From Clostridia bacterium (GTDB lineage Bacteria; Bacillota; Clostridia; Christensenellales; UBA1242), in NCBI GenBank assembly GCA_045597505.1, contig JAZLKE010000015.1, positions 1 through 55,074 of the forward strand: a DNA stretch of 55,074 bases, in the 5' to 3' direction. Made by a program: the position numbers and the translations under genes. Numbering within the stretch: the first letter of the stretch is position 1; every line of letters starts with the position of its first letter. Below, piece by piece: positions 48,489-55,074 of this stretch. Under the pieces are notes generated by a model. That model searched no databases. It was given only the letters and a program-made list of their open reading frames with translations, and was not told the DNA's origin.

Positions 48489-48758
48489 ATGGCCGAAACT
48501 GAAAAGTTTACAAGCATCAGACCAGAATGCAACTTTGACGTTGTCGCATTAAAAGCCGACAAACAGAAACGACGCATCTTGGCCATTGCCAATGGCGAAA
48601 TTGTTTGCTCGTATCACGATGCGATGCAAGAAGTTAGCAAGTACGAAAATCTGTTACCACAAATGCAAGATGGCTATTTATTTTTAGCCGCAGCAAAGTG
48701 TTTAATTATTGATCACTTCCGCAACTGCAACAAAGACGACGCTGGAACAAGTTTATAA
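48489..48758 (+). CDS. Hypothetical protein (89 aa)
   Basis: Purine-rich SD AAGGAAGG/AAAGG; terminator GACCG...CGGTC after the stop. Confidence 0.65.
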   Translation: MAETEKFTSIRPECNFDVVALKADKQKRRILAIANGEIVCSYHDAMQEVSKYENLLPQMQDGYLFLAAAKCLIIDHFRNCNKDDAGTSL

Positions 48759-48777
48759 AAGATGACCGCTTTGTCGG

Positions 48778-49644
48778 TCATTTTTTATGTGTAATTTTTG
48801 CAAACCAACTTTCAAGCGCAGTTTGATACTTACAGAACAAAGCAAAGCCACCGCCCAATAAAACACAGATTACAATCCATATTGGAATCCCCCACCCACT
48901 GAACGGAATCATACCAAAGAAACAAATGGTGCCGAAATACAACGGTTTGGCAATCAACATTGTCAGTAAAAAGAACGAAAACTTCATACGGGTTAAACCC
49001 GCAATCATACATAACATATCATCAGGAAAGAATGGTAAAACCTGCATAATTAAAAACAGCAGATTTCCCCGCGTACCCAACAACTTTTGATAATGGTCGG
49101 CAGTTGTTTCCCCGACACACCAAATCACCGCTTTACTTCCGCAAGTACGACCAAACCAAAAGCACACAATCGAACCCGCCCAAGTTACCACTAAGGTAAT
49201 CCAAAAGGTCGGCCAAATACCAAAAATACTAATCGCAGCCAACATAAATAAAAAGCCTGGCAACGGCAATAATACAACATTCAAAAATTGTAAAATCATG
49301 TAAACCAAGTACGCCCAAGACCCACTGTCGCGAATTAGGTTTTTTAGCTGTTCCAAACTTTGAAAATCGTCCAATAAACCGCACCAATGTAACACACACA
49401 ACCCACCAATCATCACAAAGACCAAAATGTGCAATATAAACAAACTGCGCCCCAGCGCCTGTTTACCGACCATTAAACACACAATCGAACCAAAACCAAA
49501 CCCCAAAACGCAAACGTAACCTGTAATTTGTAAAGCTAAATCGGTTTGCCGAAAATAACAAATTAAAGCCGTCAAAGATAACGCAATTAACACAAATTCA
49601 ATTGCGATTAAAAAAATGTTTTGAAATTTTGTGCGCACTGCCAC
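48778..49644 (-). CDS. TVP38/VTT (DedA superfamily) membrane protein
   Basis: LLPLPG, GSIVCFWFGR, LPFFPDDMLCMIAGLTRM. Confidence 0.88.
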   Translation of the reverse strand: MAVRTKFQNIFLIAIEFVLIALSLTALICYFRQTDLALQITGYVCVLGFGFGSIVCLMVGKQALGRSLFILHILVFVMIGGLCVLHWCGLLDDFQSLEQLKNLIRDSGSWAYLVYMILQFLNVVLLPLPGFLFMLAAISIFGIWPTFWITLVVTWAGSIVCFWFGRTCGSKAVIWCVGETTADHYQKLLGTRGNLLFLIMQVLPFFPDDMLCMIAGLTRMKFSFFLLTMLIAKPLYFGTICFFGMIPFSGWGIPIWIVICVLLGGGFALFCKYQTALESWFAKITHKK

Positions 49645-49681
49645 TTCTATTATTATGCGCGAATGGTGTGCGATTTTTCCA

Positions 49682-49756
49682 TGGTCGGAGCGGCGGGAAT
49701 TGAACCCACGACCTCAAGTCCCCCAGACTTGCGCGATACCACTACGCTACGCCCCG
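49682..49756 (-). tRNA. tRNA-Pro(GGG)
   Basis: CGGGGCG...CAAGT-CTGGGGG-ACTTG...GGTTCAATTCC...CGCTCCGACCA. Confidence 0.93.
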
Positions 49757-49804
49757 TTAAGCCAGTACGGATTGTCACAGGGTATCTGACAACACTGTTG
49801 GCAA

Positions 49805-49826
49805 GATACCACTACGCTACGCCCCG
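49805..49826 (-). repeat. Exact 22-nt copy of the tRNA-Pro 5' end, 70 nt upstream
   Basis: CGGGGCGTAGCGTAGTGGTATC occurs at 49826-49805 and 49756-49735. Confidence 0.95.
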
Positions 49827-49866
49827 AATGCCTCAATATAACACGCACGCACAAAAACTTCAACCG

Positions 49867-50577
49867 TTAATATTCGACATTGTACAACGTTAAACCTTTG
49901 GCGGGTGCGGTCTTGCCCGCTTTGCGACGGTCGCGTGATTCTAACACTGGTGCAACCTCCCGACCGTCAACCAAAGTCCCCACAATGATGCGAACCATAT
50001 TATGTAAAAAACCGTTACCACGTACCACGAACCACACTTCGTCGGGACGTGGCGTTTGAATGTCTAAACTGTAAATTGTGCGAATTGGACTTTTGTCACC
50101 AATCTCGGCACAAAACGCCGTAAAATCATGCGTACCCACCAAAGCCGCGGCTTGCGTACGCAAATGCGCAATGTCCAACGGTTTGTATAGTTGCCAATAA
50201 TCAATGTCGCGTGCAGGGTGTCGAGTGGGAGAAATATAACATTTATAAATGTAGGTCTTGGCTTTGGCGTCACTGCGCGCGTTGAACTTGGGCAAAATTT
50301 CAGCAGCGGTTACCGCTAAATCGGACGGTAAGTAACTGTTGACGCCCAATAAAAATTGATAGATTTTTACATCTTCACGCGGACACAAACAGGATACGAC
50401 TTGCCCGACGGCATGCACACCCGCGTCGGTGCGCCCACTGCCCACCACTTTTACTGGCGTAGCAAAATAGCGTGAAATAGCTTTTTCCAATTCGGCTTGC
50501 ACGGTGCGTTGCCCCTTTTGGGTTTGAAACCCCGCAAATTTCGTTCCCACATACTCACATTGAATTTTCAAATGCAC
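49867..50577 (-). CDS. truA: tRNA pseudouridine(38-40) synthase
   Basis: GSGRTDAGVHA, GTHDFTAF, GNGFLHNMVRIIVG, TAPAKGL. Confidence 0.95.
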   Translation of the reverse strand: MHLKIQCEYVGTKFAGFQTQKGQRTVQAELEKAISRYFATPVKVVGSGRTDAGVHAVGQVVSCLCPREDVKIYQFLLGVNSYLPSDLAVTAAEILPKFNARSDAKAKTYIYKCYISPTRHPARDIDYWQLYKPLDIAHLRTQAAALVGTHDFTAFCAEIGDKSPIRTIYSLDIQTPRPDEVWFVVRGNGFLHNMVRIIVGTLVDGREVAPVLESRDRRKAGKTAPAKGLTLYNVEY

Positions 50578-50683
50578 GAACACAGTGTAACACACAAAGT
50601 ATCAATTTGGTAATTTGTTTCAAGTCGACGTCGATTACTTAATTTCACTTGACAATCATATATGAAAACTTTATATGGTTCTT

Positions 50684-51541
50684 ATGAAAAGAATTTTGTC
50701 CAATTTGTTTGCGGAACAGGTAAATAGATTGAACAATTGTTTTACTGAATTAAACAGTTCCGCCAAAAGCGAACCTGTGTTCGGTTATATCCACTTATTA
50801 GACCGAGGTAACGCAATTTTTATTACCGATGAACGTAAACCGTATTTAGTTTCAATTGAATTTACTGTGTTTTATAAATTGAAGACGGGCGACCGCGTAC
50901 AAGCCTGCACCAGTTTCAGTCCAGCTTGCAATAATTATGTCGTCGAACAAATTGTCGAAGTTAATCACGTAGCATACGACGAAGCCCCTGTGGTTAAAGC
51001 GGACACAAGTTTTAATCTCGACGGACGCAAAGTCGATTTAGGCACTTCGGTTTTAATACCAGTGGAAGATAATTTGGACATTGCCAACAAAGTTGCCACA
51101 ATCCAACAAGCTTTACCCGAAAATACTGTACCCGTTTTCTTGTCTTTTGACGGCAGAAAAACCAACTTTAATTTTGAACATAGTTGTTTTACTAAGCCAG
51201 ATTATACTACGCGTGAAAAGTTAATGGCGTGCTTGCTGACATTCTTTGAATGTAAACAACAAGCCGACATTGGCAAAGATGTTGTGTTAATTATCGACAG
51301 TCTGGATAAAATGTTTAACGTGTTTAATGGTTGCATGCAAGCCGCAGGTACCATTGACCCGAACTTGTTTTCGGCAGCGGCAGTCATGGATTTTGAAAAC
51401 ATTGTATGCACCAGTGGCAACTTAAAAGCGGGCGGTTCGTTGACGATAATCGGCTTACACCGCGCTGGCACTACCCCGCAACAACTCCAAATCACCGACC
51501 GCCTGCACCAAATTCTCGACCAAGTCATCACGCTGAAATAA
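50684..51541 (+). CDS. Degenerate Rho-like protein (OB-type RNA-binding domain + truncated RecA-type domain, no Walker A)
   Basis: LKTGDRV (Rho LRTGD), GKDVVLIIDSL (Rho KDVIILLDSI), GNLKAGGSLTIIG (Rho NVEEGGSLTIIA); promoter TTGACA-17-TATATG-6-ATG. Confidence 0.7.
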   Translation: MKRILSNLFAEQVNRLNNCFTELNSSAKSEPVFGYIHLLDRGNAIFITDERKPYLVSIEFTVFYKLKTGDRVQACTSFSPACNNYVVEQIVEVNHVAYDEAPVVKADTSFNLDGRKVDLGTSVLIPVEDNLDIANKVATIQQALPENTVPVFLSFDGRKTNFNFEHSCFTKPDYTTREKLMACLLTFFECKQQADIGKDVVLIIDSLDKMFNVFNGCMQAAGTIDPNLFSAAAVMDFENIVCTSGNLKAGGSLTIIGLHRAGTTPQQLQITDRLHQILDQVITLK

Positions 51542-51566
51542 AAAAGACGCCCGCAAGCGCCTTTTT
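51540..51566. terminator. Bidirectional intrinsic terminator abutting a tRNA 3'-end fragment
   Basis: AAAAAAGACGC ccgcaa GCGCCTTTTT. Confidence 0.75.
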
Positions 51567-51694
51567 ATTTTGGCAGGGGTCAAGCAACGTAAAACGAACC
51601 TTTAAAAATTTAAATTAATAACAAAGTAAATTACTTTGTTGACTTTTTATTAAACTTAATAGTTTCAAAATAAATTCTATGTTATTCTATTCTA

Positions 51695-54157
51695 ATGAAT
51701 AAAATTACACTGCGCGATGGAATGCTGGCTATTTATAAAAGTTCGACTGGCGATATCCCGGTTGTGCTGTGCGATGTAAAAAAGGATCAGTATCATATTA
51801 CTTTTCGTGCGAAGAAACGTAATAGTTACGAGATGTTGCCATCGATATGGACTGGTGATGCGATTACTGATGGTGTTTTTGAAATTGAAAATCCAGAATA
51901 TCTTGATGATACCAATAATATTGATTGTATTGTTGAGGTTGATGAAAATCGAGAAGCAAAAGAAAATTTAAAAAATTTTTTTGAAGGAAATGTTAGATTT
52001 CACGGAAAGCCCTTTGTTCTCGATGATGACCAATTAACAGCAGTCCTGAGTGACCAAAACACACTGGTTACTGCACGCGCTGGATCAGGTAAAACACGCG
52101 TACTAGTTGCTAAACTAATTCATTTATTTGAACAACAAAATTTAAGCGAAAGTAACGTACTTGCATTTTGTTTTAATCGTGATGCCAGCGAAGAGATTAG
52201 CAACCGTTTAAACAATCAGTGTTTGATTAACGGAGTTCGTAAATACCAGCAATATAATGTTGCTCATACTTTCCACTCTTTTTCTTGTCAAGCGGTCAAA
52301 ACTGGTTATCAAATTTTGGAAAATCGTAAACCATTATTGAAATTAATTATCAATGAATTACGCGATACTAATCGAGATTTTGCCAATAATGTTTACCAAT
52401 TTTTTCGTAAAGATACTTTACGCATTAACCGTCAGAATTTTCACAATGAAGAGAGTTTTTATAAATTTATTAGAAATAGTGAATATACTACCTTAAATGG
52501 CGAAAAAGTTAAATCTCTGGGCGAAAAGTATATTGCTGACTATTTGTTTGAACATGGTATAAATTACATTTATGAAAAAAGTTTTTGGCCGTATAAAATT
52601 TCTTTTGATAACTCAAGATTAAAAGACGGTGAAAGAAAACGTTATCAAGCATTAACTGAAAACAAGAAAGAAACCAAACCAGATTTTTATCTTACCGATT
52701 ATAATTTAATTTGGGAACATTGGGCTTTGACGGGTAACGAAAGCGAACAAGAAAAAATTAATTTTGAAAACTTAGTTGGTAGTTACGAAGAATATTTAGA
52801 AAATAAAAATTGGAAGCAAGAATTTTGGAGTGATTGGCGCAAACAACTTGCTGATACGAACAAATACAATGTCGCAATCAAAAAAGTTAAACAAATTATC
52901 GAAACGACTTCAAAACAGTTTAATTTACTAACAAGAGAAAATGTTGAAAAGCAAATTGAAATTTTGTTGGATAGTTACAATATCCGTCATGAAAAATTAC
53001 CTAACGATGTTTTGGTTAAAAAAGTTTGGGAAAAATGTATTGATGGTTTTACGATTTTAATCGACCAATTTATTAACAAATTAGAACAAAATTATTTCGA
53101 CGACATTAATAAATTCATTAGTGAAGCCAAACAAATTAAAGACGAGAAAACTTTAATTTATTATCGCTTGGGTTTTTTAGTGTATCAAAAATACACTGCA
53201 ATCTTGGCGAATAATAACAATAGCGGAAAGTATGCCTTATTCAATGATTATAAATATGATTTTAACCAAGTTATTTACGAATGCAGTAAACTTATTGCCA
53301 ATGGCGAATTAGATGAACAGATAAAAGAATTAAAATGGTTACTGATTGATGAATACCAAGATTTCAGCCGTTTGTTTGATTATTTAATCAATTCAATTAT
53401 TAGTCGTAATCAGAAAATTAAAGTATTTTGTGTCGGCGATGACTGGCAAGCAATCAATCGTTTTGCTGGCTCAGATTTAAAATATTTTAAAAATTTTGCT
53501 AACCGCTACACTGATGCAAAATTATTGGATATAAAAACTAATTATCGTAGTGAAGAACACATTGTGCGTTTTGCTAATAATTTTATGAACCGTTGCGGAA
53601 TTTATGGCAGTAGACAAAACAGTCTTATTCACTCACGTGGAATTGCACAAGAAGAAGATATAAACCATGTTAGTGTTTGGGATTATGGGCAAGAAAGTAT
53701 TTTCTTAAAGGCATTTGAAGACAATGAACGAAACCGGGTTGAACTTGCGCAGTATTTGAAAGTATGTCAAAAAATCATAAAAGAAAACTTAAATAGCAAA
53801 ATTATGATTTTAAGCCGTAGTAACCAAATTTTGTTTAAGGAACTAGACGAATTTAATCTTGCCTTAAAAAATGTCTGTTCTAGTTTTATGACTGCGGAAG
53901 ATTATCAAAACAATGTTTCAATCAAGACGGTTCACCGTGCCAAAGGTGAAGAAGCTGACACTGTAATCATATTAAATGTAAACGAAAGTGCATTCCCCGT
54001 TTTCAATCAAAATAATGAATTATTCGAAGTGTTTGGTCAAACTGCTATTGATGCAGTCGAGGACGAAGAAAAACTTTATTATGTTGCCTTAACGCGTGCA
54101 AAACGCAATCTGTATATACTTTACAATGGAACAAAAAAATCGCCATACATTTTGTAA
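51695..54157 (+). CDS. UvrD/helicase IV-like SF1 helicase with inserted PD-(D/E)xK-like nuclease domain
   Basis: ARAGSGKT, TFHS, LIDEYQD, VGDDWQAINRFAG, NYRS, TVHRAKGEE, YVALTRAK; insert VKSLGEKYIADYL...KPDFYL...WEHW. Confidence 0.9.
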   Translation: MNKITLRDGMLAIYKSSTGDIPVVLCDVKKDQYHITFRAKKRNSYEMLPSIWTGDAITDGVFEIENPEYLDDTNNIDCIVEVDENREAKENLKNFFEGNVRFHGKPFVLDDDQLTAVLSDQNTLVTARAGSGKTRVLVAKLIHLFEQQNLSESNVLAFCFNRDASEEISNRLNNQCLINGVRKYQQYNVAHTFHSFSCQAVKTGYQILENRKPLLKLIINELRDTNRDFANNVYQFFRKDTLRINRQNFHNEESFYKFIRNSEYTTLNGEKVKSLGEKYIADYLFEHGINYIYEKSFWPYKISFDNSRLKDGERKRYQALTENKKETKPDFYLTDYNLIWEHWALTGNESEQEKINFENLVGSYEEYLENKNWKQEFWSDWRKQLADTNKYNVAIKKVKQIIETTSKQFNLLTRENVEKQIEILLDSYNIRHEKLPNDVLVKKVWEKCIDGFTILIDQFINKLEQNYFDDINKFISEAKQIKDEKTLIYYRLGFLVYQKYTAILANNNNSGKYALFNDYKYDFNQVIYECSKLIANGELDEQIKELKWLLIDEYQDFSRLFDYLINSIISRNQKIKVFCVGDDWQAINRFAGSDLKYFKNFANRYTDAKLLDIKTNYRSEEHIVRFANNFMNRCGIYGSRQNSLIHSRGIAQEEDINHVSVWDYGQESIFLKAFEDNERNRVELAQYLKVCQKIIKENLNSKIMILSRSNQILFKELDEFNLALKNVCSSFMTAEDYQNNVSIKTVHRAKGEEADTVIILNVNESAFPVFNQNNELFEVFGQTAIDAVEDEEKLYYVALTRAKRNLYILYNGTKKSPYIL

Positions 54158-54295
54158 TCTTTTGTGTGTTTGGGATTCTAGCGTGCCTTTATAATATAAC
54201 AAGACCACCTTTTTTTGAAAAACAGCAAAGATATAACTTTCTTTTGCTAGAATACGAGTATATATTTATATTTAAGAAATAACAAAGGAGGTTTG

Positions 54296-54817
54296 ATGTT
54301 AAATTTTTTATATCGACTATTATTAACCTTTAATGCGACATCTTGGGTAATAGTTTTATTTATCGTAAAAACAGAATTAACAATATGGCATATTCCTAAT
54401 ATAGTATTTATTTTAATATTGCTAATAATCACAATTCTTACATCATTAATTGCATTGGTTCTAGTAAGATTTTTTCCAGATGATAATCTTAGTTCGTGTA
54501 CAGAGGTTGAATATGCTAATAGTTCTTTTATACCAACCTATTTAGGATATTTTTTTGTAGGACTGAGTTTGGAAAATACGACACAACTTTTAATTATATA
54601 TATAATAATATTTATATTTACTCAGTTATCTCAAACTCAATATTTTAATCCAATTTATTTATTATTCGCTTATCAATTTTATCATGTTAAATCCTCTAAA
54701 GGAACTAGATTGTTTGTTATAACTAGGCGTAAAATACGAAATGCAAGTCAAGAAAGTTTTGATAAATTAAAAAGAATTAATGAAACAACATTTATAGAAT
54801 TAAGGAGAACAAAATGA
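54296..54817 (+). CDS. KwaA-like four-TM protein (Kiwa anti-phage system)
   Basis: Four TM helices, FIPTYLGYF and YFNPIYLLFAYQFYHV motifs; SD GGAGG; promoter TTGCTA-17-TATATT. Confidence 0.65.
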   Translation: MLNFLYRLLLTFNATSWVIVLFIVKTELTIWHIPNIVFILILLIITILTSLIALVLVRFFPDDNLSSCTEVEYANSSFIPTYLGYFFVGLSLENTTQLLIIYIIIFIFTQLSQTQYFNPIYLLFAYQFYHVKSSKGTRLFVITRRKIRNASQESFDKLKRINETTFIELRRTK

Positions 54818-55074
54818 ACCAATTATTAGCTAAGGTTAAAAACAATAAACAAAATTATAAAGAATCTTTTAAAAAGATAATAGGAAACAAAAATTGTTAC
54901 AATTTTCCCAATAATATTCAAGCAATTAATTACAATCCAAACACCCTTTTAGAAGATGGCCAATGGTATTTCATTAGCAATTTCTCACAGCAGAATTTTT
55001 GTATAAATTTGCTAAAAGAAAATATTGTTGATTCTGTGGATTTTAATACATTAAATAGAGATGAATTTTCCAAA
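54814..55074 (+). CDS. Partial soluble protein coupled to the KwaA-like gene (candidate KwaB-like)
   Basis: ATGA overlap, SD AAGGAG; MNQLLAKVKNNKQNYK...YNPNTLLEDGQWYFISNFSQQNFCINLL, open to the window end. Confidence 0.55.
   Translation, partial: MNQLLAKVKNNKQNYKESFKKIIGNKNCYNFPNNIQAINYNPNTLLEDGQWYFISNFSQQNFCINLLKENIVDSVDFNTLNRDEFSK

Larger units (their letters stand above)
51571..55074. mobile_element. Left end of an AT-rich defence-type island, probably tRNA(Trp)-anchored; continues beyond the window
   Basis: TGGCAGGGGT (reverse complement ACCCCTGCCA, tRNA-Trp-like 3' end) plus motif shared with the tRNA-Ser islet; composition shift; helicase and Kiwa-like cargo. Confidence 0.65.

Noticed and set aside
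1-55074. Alternative genetic code (UGA as Trp/Gly)
   Set aside because: Conserved genes (hydA, hydB, hydC, scpA, scpB, ABC ATPase) end at TGA at expected positions, often in overlaps, and none needs internal TGA
1-55074. CRISPR arrays, IS elements, prophage genes, rRNA
   Set aside because: No regularly spaced repeats, transposase, integrase or phage structural motifs, or rRNA sequence seen

Overview
Dense chromosomal segment of a small-genome anaerobic Bacillota bacterium (Clostridia-like; taxonomy inferred from gene content). It uses standard code 11. Housekeeping and metabolic genes: ychF, glnS, hflX, rpmF, ackA, tmcAL, cmk, xfp, eno, gpmI, pgk, scpAB, rplK-rplA, dus, truA and a trimeric group-A3-type [FeFe]-hydrogenase operon. 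RNA genes: RNase P RNA and five tRNAs (Ile2/Met-CAT, Leu-CAA, Leu-TAA, Ser-GCT, Pro-GGG). No CRISPR, rRNA, transposase or integrase is visible. Main unusual signals: (1) two AT-rich tRNA-anchored islands share an end architecture (terminator + 10-nt tRNA 3' fragment + 5 nt + AACnTAAAnCGAAC). One is a 1.35-kb integrase-less islet at tRNA-Ser carrying a Nudix gene and a broken radical SAM gene. The other starts at about 51571, carries a helicase-nuclease and a Kiwa-like pair, and runs off the window. (2) A full-length TpiA has its catalytic residues replaced, and a Rho-like protein lacks a Walker A motif. (3) The 22-nt 5' end of tRNA-Pro is duplicated around a hairpin insert. (4) Leaderless gene starts and internally shortened proteins are widespread. 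All calls come from reading motifs by eye; no database search was run.
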